A DNA stretch of 64,000 bases from an uncultured Planctomycetaceae bacterium (GCA_963813715.1 CAWFAK010000005.1:1152001-1216000); one strand, 5' to 3'; numbered from the stretch's first letter, positions 11,356 to 23,426 are shown. Program-made: numbers and translations. The notes: generated from the letters alone by a model not told the origin.

Positions 11356-12896
11356 ATGGCTAGGAAAGGTGGACCCACCGCTAAGCTGAACGTGATCCTG
11401 CTGAAAACCTCGGTCAAGAAATTCGTCGAAGTGCTCAAAACGGATCACGGTCTATCGCCAATTAAACTCAGTAAGGCGATCGGCGATTCCTCGGCGCTCT
11501 ATGTCAAGAGGCCTCAAAACGACCCACCGGCGTGGCAGAAGTTCTTGCGCTGGTGACGGACGAGCCACTGAAACTCGGCAATGCATCGAGTTCGGCGGTT
11601 CTTTTTGTAGAGGCTGAAGGCCGGCGACTGGCGTTTTGTTTTGGTCACGGCCGTAGCGAGCTCTCGCCGGACGTCATCGAAGGTGGCTTCGGGCTAAAAG
11701 TTGCCCTCAACCGCGTTGATCCAACCAAGCTGCGGAGTGTCGACGCACGCACGATTGAAAATGGCGTCACGACGAAGCGACTCCGAACGAGTCGCGACGC
11801 TGAACTGTCATCGTTTAGGTTAGACATCGCCCGCGACCTGCTTCGGAAGCTTGTCGGCCAGCCAGATGATCCATCCTTTGCGACGAAAGTCGTCGGGTCA
11901 GACGCATTGACAATCCACGCGCGGCATGATCACGGCTGGCGGTCTCGGTGCAAAGGGCAAGCAGATTCTCGCAGCATACAAGGATACTAAATACAAAAAG
12001 CACTTTGACTGGGTCGTCGTCTGGCGGCGGTCACCGATCCGGGACTCAAGGCAGAACTTGATGCAAAACTGGCACGCTCTCTATCGAAGCGGCACCTAGA
12101 CAACATGCACGTGGCGGAATTAGATCGCCGATTGGAATCTGGCAAGGTCACGGAAAGCAGGGAACAGATTTCCCCACCTTGCCCTAGAATTAGCTTGAGG
12201 TATTGGCGATGCTTCGCGATCACGGCAAAAGCTTAGGTCATACCAAGTAAGAGCGCAATTCGCCGGAACCGAAAGTTTTTTGCGCAGGGATCGATTTACT
12301 CGTCGCTTGTCTGGGAGACCAGGCACAAATCCCAGCTCTACGCCTTGGTTGATGGCAACTGGTACGCGGTCGAGGCCAAGTATTCGGAAAAGGTGTCCAA
12401 GTTTGTTCAAGCCATCCCGTGCGTAGCCGGTCTCTCACTTCCAGACTCAAAGGCAGGCGAGAAGGAAGGTGACTATAACAGTCGCGTTGCAAAGGCTTCT
12501 TCCGATTTGTTCTTGCTTGATCGACGGTGCGTCACGCCAGATGGCAGTGCAACGGAAATCGAATTCCGTGACCTCCTTCCGACCACAAGCACCTGATCTG
12601 ACGGACGGTCAGTCGTGGACCGTGATGTTGGTCCGTTACTGGTCAGGCCCCGTGGGCTCAGTTGCGTCCAGACCAATACGGAGCGACCCGGAATTATTCC
12701 GCAGGGTCACGGTCGAGCTATGGCAGACCCTCTGCTGGACCGGGCAATGTCGACCTCTACGCCATCGTTGCCAAGCCGAACCCCAAATGGCCGTTGTCTC
12801 TTCCATTTTTCAGCCAAGTCAACTTGATGCACAGTTGTAGGCTTCTCGACGGGCTCGGCTTCAGGTATGGCGCTTGCGCTCATCAAAGAGGTATAG
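11356..12896 (+). pseudogene. TIGR04141/DUF6119 sporadically distributed protein, fragmented
   Basis: Fragments SSSAVLFV..AFCFGHGR, FGLKVALN, LRSVD, LVDGNWYAV, EGDYN, LLDR, IEF.DLL, YAIV...LPFFSQVNL across at least five frames. Confidence 0.75.
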
Positions 12897-12974
12897 TCGG
12901 TGCCGGGCGCATGGGCCAACTTGCGCAGAAACAGTCGTGTGCACTCGACACAGCAAAGGTTCCGCGAATTTCCG

Positions 12975-13503
12975 ATGAGCACGAACATAGTCATCGTTGG
13001 GCCATTTAAGGTCCCCTTCCGCCACGCGACGGTCGGACTTGCCAAACACGTCGGCACTGGGGAGGCCAAGGAATTCTGGAAACAACCGGATTCCGAAGAG
13101 AATTTCTAAGAAGCAAGGATGCTATGTCTTTGCAATGCGTGCCTCGAAGGGATTCAAACGTGGTACGTCGGATACGAACAAGTTCTCTGGAATGGAGCGC
13201 TGCGAGCATCACAAGCTGAACGAAGCAACGAGGTTCTGTTCCAAGGCCCAAGGGAACTCCGGTGATGTTTTTCGCGGTCCTTCCCGGCAAAAGAGTGAAA
13301 ATCGCCAAGGGTGTGATTGCAGACGTGGAGAAGTTCCTGATCCAGTCGGCAGTTTACCGAAATCCCGATCTCAAGAACGTGCAGATGGCCAAGGTTCCAG
13401 AATGGACGATTCAGGGAGTGGTGCGGAGTCAAAAGGGCAGCCACCCAAAGTGGCGGTGCGATTTCGAAAAATGATGGGGCTTGAATTACCGCGGCGGCGG
13501 TAG
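12975..13503 (+). pseudogene. Possible GIY-YIG nuclease-like protein, frameshifted
   Basis: MSTNIVIVGPF start; GCYVFAMRASKGF followed after a frameshift by TGGTACGTCGGA (WYVG); later VEKFLIQ...NPDLKN. Confidence 0.5.
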
Positions 13504-13641
13504 ATGGTCCGGTTGCCGCGGAAGTTGGGCTAGCTGTTCGCCCGGAGGGCGGCAGTCGAAGGGTCTCGCTTGCTGCCAATCTCAATTGCATGCAAGCCGC
13601 GTCGATATTGGGGTAGGACAGTGGCTGCGAGGGGAAGCGGC

Positions 13642-15369
13642 TTAGCGGTTCGCGTTGTACAGCGAGCCCATCAGTTGTCGCAGCTTGTCTTCCGGATAGA
13701 GGCTGAAGGCGAATTCGCGATCGTGTAACAGCGAGTGGGTCGCCAGGCGGCGACGGATTTGTGACAGCTCGTCGGACGCGTCGGCCGTTAACGAGGCGGC
13801 CTTCTCCGCCAGGCGGTGGTTGATGTCCTGCATTTGGCGGAACCGCTCGAAGTTGCCGGCCGGCTGGCGGAACGGGCGCGCGTGACTCGCCTGGTCGTTC
13901 TTCGGAGTGGCGGAGCTGGCGGCCATCGCGGACAACAGGGCCGACTTCTGGGCGATGAGTTCGCGCGTTTCGGCGTCGCCGGTGGTCGCCAGATGTCGAT
14001 CGGCGTTCCAGCGCAATTCGCGGAGCAGTCGCACGCGGCGGGTTTCGTCCTCGGTGGACACGGAGCCCTTCTCGGTCAGCGGCAAGTACAGGCTGGCGGT
14101 CAGCGTGAGGAAACCGGGAGGCGTCACGCCGAGGAACCGGCACATGATGCGGTCGGTCATCTCGTCGTACTTCGCCCCGCCGATGCCGTGCACGAACAGA
14201 TCGGCCAGGCAGAGTCGCGAGAAGAGGGTCGTGGTGAGGGCGCGGGCGCGGAAGCGAATTCCCTGTTCGGGCAGCTTGCGGAGCACTTCGACGGCACAAC
14301 ACGCATCGCAGCCGGGAGAGAGCCGCAAGCGGGCGAACTCGGCCTTGCCGTCAGAGAGCACGATCTCGCGCCCCTCCTGCCCGGCAAAGACCCGCGAGCG
14401 GACCGAATCGCCTTTTCGCCAAACCCAGAACGGCGCTTCGTAACAGTCGCCCTTGCTCTTCAGCTCTGGGACCGGATGAGTCTTGCTGCGAATGTGGTTC
14501 ACCTGGCGGAATTCGGCCAGGACCTCGTTGTGCACGGCGACGAAGCGAGGCAGGTGAGCCAGGATGTGGCCGGCGAACCAGAGGAATGGATCGAGCTCGC
14601 ACATGCGGCTGATCGGCAACTCGAGATTCGTGACGCCCCACCGCCGCTCGAGCCGCAGCCGCGAGGCGATCAGACAGTCTTTGAGCAACGGAGACTTCTG
14701 CGAGGCGCGCACGGCGTACGGCCATTGCTCGCGGAGCAGAGGATCGACCTGCCACTCGGCCATCTTGTCGCAGACCCGCTCGCCGAAGCTCTCGAACAGC
14801 GGGCGGTCGAGGATGGCGTTTTCTTCCCACGGTCCGCGCGGGCGGTCGGTGTCGAACGGCACGCGCTCGATCCGCGGCTCAGCTTGGCCCGATTGGACGG
14901 GCACGCGGATCGAATTAGCCGACATGAGATCGGTGTCGACCGACAGATTGAGCGACATGCCGCCGGTGCGCGTCGCCATTTCGTGGACGGCGAAGTTCTT
15001 CGCCCAGACGCCCGGGTGATAGAGCGCCGGCTGGTGCCCGGCCACAAACAACAGGTCAATGGTCGAGGCGGCCGTCAGATCGGGCTCGCCGGCGCCGTCG
15101 GCCGAGGCCGTGGCGTTGAGCAGCTCAGCCGTGTAGTCGCGGGCCGCGCTCAGCACTTCCTCGCGGGTCCAGGCCCGCATCTGCGCCAGCGTTCGCCCCT
15201 GCAGGTTGAAGTCGCCCGCGAGCGCCGCGTGGTTGTGCTTGGCGACGTCGAGCGCAGCAGGCAGCGGCGGATCGGCCAATACGGCGAAGTCCTGCCGGGG
15301 CGTGCGGAGCGACCGGCCATGCCAGGACGGTTCGCTCACATTGCAGGGTATGGGAGGAATGGCAGGCAC
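13642..15369 (-). CDS. Uncharacterised protein, BshC-like
   Basis: VAGHQP..YHPGVWAK resembles the BshC TGQQ motif; VDTD; HGIGGAKYD; C-terminal coiled coil ending REF. Confidence 0.55.
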   Translation of the reverse strand: MPAIPPIPCNVSEPSWHGRSLRTPRQDFAVLADPPLPAALDVAKHNHAALAGDFNLQGRTLAQMRAWTREEVLSAARDYTAELLNATASADGAGEPDLTAASTIDLLFVAGHQPALYHPGVWAKNFAVHEMATRTGGMSLNLSVDTDLMSANSIRVPVQSGQAEPRIERVPFDTDRPRGPWEENAILDRPLFESFGERVCDKMAEWQVDPLLREQWPYAVRASQKSPLLKDCLIASRLRLERRWGVTNLELPISRMCELDPFLWFAGHILAHLPRFVAVHNEVLAEFRQVNHIRSKTHPVPELKSKGDCYEAPFWVWRKGDSVRSRVFAGQEGREIVLSDGKAEFARLRLSPGCDACCAVEVLRKLPEQGIRFRARALTTTLFSRLCLADLFVHGIGGAKYDEMTDRIMCRFLGVTPPGFLTLTASLYLPLTEKGSVSTEDETRRVRLLRELRWNADRHLATTGDAETRELIAQKSALLSAMAASSATPKNDQASHARPFRQPAGNFERFRQMQDINHRLAEKAASLTADASDELSQIRRRLATHSLLHDREFAFSLYPEDKLRQLMGSLYNANR

Positions 15370-15636
15370 GAGTTCGGAGGGGGCACAGTGTGACGTGGCT
15401 AGGCTCGCTATGTAGAAGGTCGTTGAATTGTAGAAGGTCGTTGAATTCGGATGGAAACACCAGGGTCGGCCTCAGCGACGCAATGCCTAAAAGCGAATTG
15501 CACCGGAGGCAGATTGCACTTGTCAGTCCAACCCGCGTCCCCGCGGACGCAGAATGTCACCCTCCCTCAAAAACAAACGGGTCACCGAACTGGGTGCCGC
15601 GGACCGCCGCCTCCCCGGGTGGTCATTCTTCAACCA

Positions 15637-16504
15637 TCAGCTCTTGGCGTCGCAGCGGGCCTGACGACCCTCCCGTGCGGCGGGGCAGAAACCGAGGGCC
15701 TCGATCTCTTTGTCGAGCACCGATTGATAGTGGGCCATCCGCCGGCGTCCGTCGTCCAACGAACCGCCGAAGGAACGGCGCCTCGTCCAGATAGACGAGG
15801 GGAACGGCAAACTCCACGATCCTCATGCCGAAGGCCGCCGCCTGCACCCACAACTGCAGCGGCATGGCATAGCCCGTGTCGGTGATTTTGAACTGCTTGA
15901 GCGATTCGACTCGATAGGCCTTGAAGCCGCAGAACGCGTCGGTCAGATCGAGGCCGAGCCGGTCGTTGACAAGCTGGGTAATTTCCGCGTTGATCTTGCG
16001 GCGTTCCTCGGGGGGCTTGCTGTTCCCCTCGAAGGTGTGCAAGTAGCGGCTGCCGGAGATGATGTCGATCGGCCGCTCGCTGGGGGCCGCGTTGAGGGGA
16101 AACACGGCGGCCGCCAGCTCGGGAATCAAGCGCGGCTGATGTTGGCCGTCGCAATCGATGGTTACGAGAACGTCATACTGATGTGCGATGGCGTAGTCGA
16201 AGGCTGTGCGCAGGGCCGCGCCGTAGCCTAAATTGTGCGGATGCGTGAGGACCGTGATGCCCGGCTCGCGGGCCAGCACGTTCGGCGTATCGTCTTTTGA
16301 GCCGTCGTTGACGACGAGAACATCCTGGCTGTAGCGGCGGACTTCCGCCAGCACGTCGGGGATGTGTCGCGCTTCGTTATAAACGGGAAGCGCGGTGAGG
16401 CAGCGAAGGGTGCCGCCAGAAATGGAGCCGCCCGGACACGGGCTGGGAGAGGCCTCGTCGGAGGTTTTACATGGAGGGTCGCTCGAAAGAGGTTCTGGCG
16501 TCAT
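15637..16504 (-). CDS. Glycosyltransferase family 2 (DPM1-like); frameshift near 15780
   Basis: LPVYNE, VNDGSKD, NLGYGAAL, IDCDGQH, TDAFCGFKAY; C-terminus continues SFGGSLDD...DAKS* to 15637. Confidence 0.88.
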
Positions 16505-16880
16505 GCGTCGTTGGTCCCTTTCGAGTCACCTGTTGAGGAAAAACCGTCACGATCGGCACTGTGGACTGTCGTTGCCTGTGGAAACGTGGTTGGGGAATGT
16601 CGCCTTTCCGACTGATCCGTTTGTCCGGGAATGTTCAGTTTTTAGCCCGGAAACGCCATTTTAGACGCACCCAGAGGTGAGTCAACGAGCCGGTTCGCGC
16701 ACAAGGCAAAGAGGCGAATTTTTCAACCGCTCGCCGGCAGATTCGATTCTCTCGCGATTGTTGCTGATTCGATGCTCGAAGTGATATCATCCCGCGCCGT
16801 CTGACAAGGGCCCTGGTCTGCCGTCACGCGAGCCAGCGGCGGACCTGGTTCGGACCCGTTTGCATGAGCCGCCCGAATTC

Positions 16881-18198
16881 ATGAAGCCGCTCGAACAGGC
16901 CATTCTCGACAAATCGGCGCGAGTGGGAGTGATCGGGCTGGGCTACGTCGGCCTGCCGCTGATCAACGCGTTTGTGTCGGCCGGCTTCCGCACGCTTGGC
17001 TTCGACGTCGACCAGCGCAAGGTCGACGCGCTGAACGACGGCCGCAGCTACATCAAGCACGTCGACTCGACGGTCGTCTCGAAGTGGCGCAAGGCGCAGC
17101 AGTTCGAGGCGACGGCCGACATGTCGCGCCTGGCCGAAGCCGACGCTTTGCTGATCTGCGTTCCGACGCCGCTCAACGACAGCCGCGACCCGGATCTGGT
17201 CTTCGTCGAGAAAACGGCCGACGCGATCGCCGCCGCCCTGCGGCCCGGGCCAGTTGATCATTCTGGAGAGCACGACCTACCCGACCACCACGCGAGACGT
17301 CGTGCTACCGATCTTGGCTCAAAGCCGTCTCAAGCCGGGGACCGACTACTTTCTGGCCTACAGCCCCGAGCGCGAGGATCCGGGCAACCCCGATTACACG
17401 GCGGCCGGCATTCCCAAGGTGGTGGGCGCGCTCGATGCGGCGAGCCTCAAGCTGGCCCAGCAGCTCTACTCTCAGGCCATCGTCAAAGTCATTCCCGTCT
17501 CCAGCCTCGAAGTGGCCGAGGCCTGCAAGATCCTCGAGAACACTTACCGCGCCGTGAACATCGCGCTCGTCAACGAGCTGAAGATGCTCTACGACCGCAT
17601 GGGCATCGACGTCTGGGAAGTGATCGACGCGGCCCGCACCAAGCCGTTCGGCTTCCAGGCGTTTTATCCCGGCCCGGGGCTGGGCGGGCACTGCATCCCG
17701 ATCGACCCGTTTTATTTGACGTGGCTCGCCCGCAAGCAGGGGCTGCCGACGCGATTCATCGAGCTGGCCGGCGAGATCAACTCGCGGATGCCCGAATACG
17801 TCGTCATGCGTCTGGCCGAGGCGCTCAACGACGTGGGCAAGCCGATCAACGGCAGCCAGATTTGCCTCTTGGGGATGGCGTATAAGAAAGACGTCGACGA
17901 TCCCCGCGAGAGCCCGTCGTTCGTGCTGATGGAAATGCTGCTGGGCCGCGGCGCCAAGGTCACCTACAACGATCCGCACATCCCCCGTCTGCCCGCGATG
18001 CGGCACCACAAGGTGCCCGACATGACCAGCACCGAGCTGACGCCCGAGTTCCTGGCCTCGCAGGACTGCATCCTGATCGCGACCGACCACTCGGCCTACG
18101 ATTACGACTTCATCGTCCAACATGCGAAGCTGGTGATCGACACCCGCAACGCGACGAAGAACGTCAAGCAGGGCCGCGAGAAGATCCGCAAGGCGTGA
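16881..18198 (+). CDS. Nucleotide-sugar dehydrogenase (UDP-GlcNAc/UDP-glucose 6-dehydrogenase family); frameshift near 17250
   Basis: GLGYVGLP, ICVPTP, ESTTYP, SPEREDPGN, KILENTYR, GGHCIPIDP, AYKKDVDDPRESP. Confidence 0.92.
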
Positions 18199-18223
18199 AG
18201 GGCGCTGGGCTCTGGCCGAGCGG

Positions 18224-18365
18224 CGTAGGGTGTGACAAGTCCGCACGGCGGACGCAGGCACACCATCTGTCGTGATCGATCGTAATCGGATAGGACGGTC
18301 GCGCGCGACCGTAACCAGATGGTGTGCCAGCGGCCGCGCGGCGGCCTCGACACACCCTACGGGAT
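18224..18365. repeat. GTAG-type REP doublet with nested inverted repeats
   Basis: CGTAGGGTGTG...CACACCCTACG outer arms, GGCACACCATCTG...CAGATGGTGTGCC inner arms; right half repeated at 19541-19585. Confidence 0.8.
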
Positions 18366-18398
18366 TTAATCATTCATTCTGCGCCGCGATGACCCGCC

Positions 18399-19518
18399 AT
18401 GGCCCTCACTGAACTCCGGGTCGCCGGTTACCGCTCGTTGAGAGACGTGCGGCTGCCGCTGACACAGCTGAACGTCGTCGTCGGCCCCAACGGCTCGGGG
18501 AAATCGAATCTTTATCGCGCGCTTTGGCTGATTGCGGAGATTTGCGAAGGGGGCTTCGCGCGGGCGATCTGTCGCGAGGGAGGGCTCGTGTCCGCGATGT
18601 GGGCCGGCCCGCGCACGAACACAAAACCCCTGCGGATGGAGCTCGGTTTCGGGACCGAGGACCTTAGCTTCTTGCTCAGCTGCGGCTTTCCACCCCCGCC
18701 GCCGCCTCCGACCGCCTTCGGCTACGACCCCTATATCAAAGAGGAGGCCGTGTGGATCGGCCGAAAGCGGAAACCAACCACGACGCTGCTTGAGCGGTCC
18801 GCGGGGATGACTTCGATCCGCGACGTCGAGGGGCGCCGCGTCGAGTATCCACTGGTGCTTTCCGAGAACGAATCGGTCCTCGCGCAATTCCGCGAGCCCC
18901 ATCGATTCCCTGAACTCTTCGCCTTGCGCGAGGCCGTGCGCGGCTGGCGCTTTTACCATCAGTTTCGCACCGACGAGCAGGCCCCGCTGCGATCACCTCA
19001 AGTCAGCGTGCGGACGCCGGTGCTCAGCCACGACGGCAACGATCTGGCCGCTGCGTTGCAGACTATCACCGAGGTCGGGGATCGCGATCGCCTGTACGAG
19101 GCCATCTCCGCCGGGCTGCCGGGCCGCATGTTGAGGATTCAAGCAACGGGCTCGGCCGGGGCGCACAAGTCGCCGCAGGCCACCGAACTCTCGGTCGCTC
19201 TCGATACGGAGGGTTGCGCGGCCCCTTCTGGCGCGAGAACTCTCCGACGGGACGCTGAAATTTCTCTGCCTGGCGGCCGCCCTGCTGAGCCCGAGACCAC
19301 CGGCTCTGATTGCGCTCAACGAACCCGAGTCGAGCCTCCATCCAGACCTGTTGCCGGCGCTAGCCCGAATGATCGTCGACGCGGCGGAATTCTCGCAAAT
19401 CTGGGTCAGCACGCACTCCAGTCAGCTGGCCGCTTCGATCCGAGAGATCTCCGGCACCGATCCGATCGAACTGGAGCTCTTAGACGGCGAGACTCGGATC
19501 CGGTCGTCGGACGACTGA
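18399..19518 (+). CDS. AAA_21/SMC-like ABC-type ATPase; frameshift near 19225
   Basis: GYRSL, Walker A GPNGSGKSN; after the shift ELSDGTLKFL, LNEPESSLHP, VSTHS; stop TGA 19518. Confidence 0.88.
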
Positions 19519-19691
19519 GATCCGCGTGTCAGCAACGGACGGTGTGCCAGCGGCCGCAAGGCGGCCTCGAGACACCCTACGGGATGCAATTCTGCGGCTT
19601 GCGGAGGCACGCCTTGGCAAGGCCTTGCGCGAGAGATTACGGTATCCATTGGCCTTTCCCGTCTGTCCCGCGCAGAGAATCACGAGCGCTC

Positions 19692-22600
19692 ATGCTCCCG
19701 CCAAGTTCCGAGCTCGGAACCGGATCGAACTCCCGTCTTGCGCGATTCGGCATCTGGATCGTGGTCGGGCTCTACCTCGTCGCGGTGCTGGCGGTCAATC
19801 CGTTCCGCGAATGCCCCGTGCGGGACGACTGGGCCTACGCCTGGTCGGCCTGGCGGCTGTTGGCGACGGGCCACTATCTGGCGCACGACTGGGCGTCGGC
19901 CAATACGCCCTTTCAGGCGGCCTGGGGGGCCGCGTTCTGCCTGCTGTTCGGCAATTCGTTCATCGCGCTGCGCTGCTCGACGATCGTGCTGGCCGTGCTG
20001 GGGCTATTCGGCCTTTCGCGCTCTGGCACGCGAGCACGGCTTGAGCCGCGGCGCGGCCGATCTGCTGAGCGCTGTGCGTCGCGTCGTGCTCGATCTTCTT
20101 CAAGCTGAGCCTCAGTTACATGAGCGACGTCCCCTTCGCGGCGCTCGTGACCATCGCCGTTTTGTTCTACACGCGGGCCGTCCGCGGCATGCGCTGGACC
20201 GACTGGATCGCCGGCTCACTGGCGGCGGCGGCGACCGTCGGCACGCGACAATTCGGCGTGGTGCTCGTCGCGGCGGTCGGGCTGGTCTGGCTCTTCGATC
20301 GCCGCCGTTGGACGCAATGGAAAGAGTATGCGGTCGGCATTTCGTTGCCGGTGTTGGCCGCGGCCTGGCAAGTCAACCAGGGCTGGAACCATCCGAACTG
20401 GGCGGCCGGTTTTCAGGTCTACCGGGCGCGAAACTATTTCGCGTCGGGCGCGTTTTTCAAACAGTTGCCCTGGCGTCCCGGAGCTATCGTCGAATATCTC
20501 GCCTGGTTTCTGGTGCCGCTCGTCATTCTGGCGGCACTCGGTGTCGTGCGCGAAATTCGCAAAGACCGCAGTGACGCGCCCGGCGCCTCGCCGCCAAGTC
20601 GACGGCCGCTGGCGACGCTCGCTTTGTGGATCGTCGTCTTTTCCCTGAACGTCGTGTACGGCTGGAAGGTTTTGGGCTACGCGTACCACACGCCCAACTT
20701 TCAGGGCTCGCACGCGCTCATGCCCTTTCTGCCCGATTGCTACGACATCCTCGAGGTGTTGGGCGAGCCCGTCCGCTGGGCGGCGACGCTCTTTGTGATC
20801 GTCGGAGCCGCGCTGTTTGCCCGATTGATCGTGGCCCGCGTCGCGCGGCTGGGGCACCGGTGACGCGCATCAACTGGCTTACTGCGTGCTCGACTTCACG
20901 GCCCTCTTCCTGGCGGCGATCAGCCTGGTCTTCAATCAGTTCACCGACAATTATCTGGTCCCGCTTGTGCCGTACGCGGCCATCGCCGTCGGCCAGCCGC
21001 TGGCGGAACTGCTGTGGGCGCGGCGGCGGGCGGTCGTCGCCTGTTGCCTGCTGCTGTTTGTCGGCGCGGCGATTTGGACGCGCGAAGATCTGGCCAAGGA
21101 CGAGGCGATGTGGAGCCTGTCCGCTCGGTTGCACGACCAGGGCATTCCGCCGCAACAGATCTTCTCGGACTGGAAGTGGTTCTTCTTTTGGAACTTCGAG
21201 GACGCGGCCGAGCAGGGCCTGTTTCATCCCGACACCTCTTATGCGTACTTCTTCGACGAGTGGATGGCCCCCGACCGCCAGTTCGCCGAGTATCGCGTCG
21301 TGCATGAGTTGACGCCGCCGCCCGGCGAACGTTGGGAAGTGGTCGACACGGCACACTATTTCAGCGTCTATGCCCGCGGCCAGGAAACGTTTTACGCCGT
21401 GCGACGAACGCGCGACGAACCGGCCGTGCCTTCCCGCGCCGCATCGTCTGCTCTGCCCGCCGCCTCCGGCAACACGGCCGTGCCGAAAGCCCCGCCTGCC
21501 GCGCCGAAAGGCGCCACGTCGAAAGGCGGAGCGAAGCCATGCAGCGCACCTGCGACTTCGCCCAGCGTTGTTGCTCGCGCGCCATCCGGCCTCAGCGGCT
21601 GGCCCGGCCTGTGCCTGGTGATCGGCCTGTATCTGGCGGCGGTCGCGGCCGTGAATCCGCTCCGCGAGTGCCCCGTGCTCGACGACTGGGCCTACGCGTC
21701 GACCGTGCGGCACCTGCTGCAGACGGGCACATACAAGCTCGACGATTGGGTGGCGCCCAACATGCCGTTTCAAGCGTTGTGGGGCGCGGCGTTCTGCCTG
21801 GTGCTGGGCGATTCGTACATCGCGCTGCGGCTGTCGACCGTCGCGCTCACCGTGATCGGGCTGATCGCCTTTCGAGCGCTGGCTCGCGAGCACGGCCTGA
21901 ATGGACGGGCGGCCAATTTGGCCACCTTTTGTCTCGCCTCGTCGTCGTTGTTCTTCCGCATGAGCCTGACGTTTCAGACGGACGTTCCCTTCCTGGTCAC
22001 GCTGATCGTGGCCCTCTGGCTCTACACCCGCGCCCTCCGCGTGATGACAGTGCCCGCGTGGGCGGCGGCCGCGGTGGCGGGTTCGGCCAGCATTCTGACG
22101 CGACAGTTCGGCGCCGCTTTGGTCGCCGCGCTCGGCGTGTTGTGGATGTTCGATCGTGGGCGATTCGCTCGCTTCAAGTACTACGCGCTCGGCATCTCGC
22201 TGCCGGTCCTCGCCGTTGTGTGGCAGTTGTATCGCGGTCTGTTCTATTCCAACTGGGCGGCCGAGTCGGTCTTGTTTCGCCAAAGGCTCTTTTTCTCGCG
22301 AGGGCATTTTCTCCGCGTGCTTCCCTGGCGGCCGCTCGTGCTCGTCGAATACCAGGCACTTTGGCTCGTGCCGTTGGTGCTGTTGGCCGCCTGGGCGACC
22401 GCTCGCATGCTTTTCAACCGGAACGCAAAAGATTCGCCGGCGGAGGGCCCGCTGTCGCGAAGCGCGTCACTGGCCTGGCTGGGCGGCTTCTTGCTGTTGT
22501 TCACGGCGGGCGTGGTCTACGGCTGGAAGACGATCGGCTACGGCTACAACTCGTCCGACTTTCATGGCAACACGGCGCTGATGCCGTTCCTGCGACACAC

Positions 22601-23321
22601 GTACGATCTGTTGCTCGTGCTGGGTGAGCCGGTGCGCTGGGCGGTGACGATCTTCGTCGTGGTCGGCGCGGCGCTCATCGCTCGCGTCTTCGTCGAGCGT
22701 TACGCCAGCCTGTTGACCGCGGCGCCGGGAGCCGTCCCTCCGCCGACGCCCCGTGAATTGCTACTCGACTTGACGTCGCTCTTTCTGCTCGGCGGCAACC
22801 TGGTTTTCTTTCAGCAGTGGGATTCCTATCAGCTGCCGTTTCTGCCGCTGGCGGCCATCGTGCTCGCGAAGCGATACGAAAGACTGTTGCTCGCGCGGAG
22901 TTGGGCCGTGGCCGGCTGTTGCCTGGCGATGCTGGCGGGCTCGGCGATTTGGACGCGCGAGGATCTGGCGAAGGGCGACGTGCAATGGATTCTGGCTGAG
23001 CGACTGCGCCAAGAGGGGATTGCGCCACAGAACATCGCCTCGAGCTGGGAGTGGTTTGCCTACTGGAACTTTCCCGAGTTCGTGCGGCAGGAAGGCAAAC
23101 GGGCCAGCACGGAGATCCCCAAGTTCCTTGGCGAAGACGGCTGGCAGGGGCGCAATCGCATTGCCGCCGAATACTGGATCGTCCACGAGCCGCGGCCGCC
23201 GGCAGGTTCACCGGAAACCTGGACCATCGTTGGCGAGGCCGACTACTTCAGTGTCTACGCTCGTCGCCGCGAACGGTTTTACGCCGTACGACGCTCGCCG
23301 GCACCTGAGCAACGCTTTTGA
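19692..23321 (+). CDS. Tandem-duplicated GT39/ArnT-like (GT-C) glycosyltransferase; frameshifts in the first unit
   Basis: Both units contain NPxRECPVxDDWAYA, PFQAxWGAAFCL, (S/T)DVPF, TRQFG, WTREDLAK, YFSVYAR; an Ala/Pro linker joins them in frame in ORF 20886-23321. Confidence 0.75.
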
Positions 23322-23346
23322 GTTCGCCCAAGCGCGAAAGCGCATC

Positions 23347-23362
23347 CTTTGTATTGCAAAGT
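23347..23362. promoter_or_regulatory. Palindromic operator, copy 1 (CTTTGTATTGCAAAGT)
   Basis: CTTTG-N5-CAAAG inverted repeat, AT-rich, about 65 bp upstream of the ATG at 23427; near-identical copy at 24459. Confidence 0.7.
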
Positions 23363-23426
23363 CTTCGGCCTGACGGTATCCTGACACCAGTTCGCCGTGA
23401 ACACGTTGATTGCCGGGGAATCTCGC

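Noticed and set aside
18399..20108. ATPase-glycosyltransferase fusion
   Set aside because: Frameshift artefact: the ATPase ends at 19518 in another frame and a REP separates the genes.
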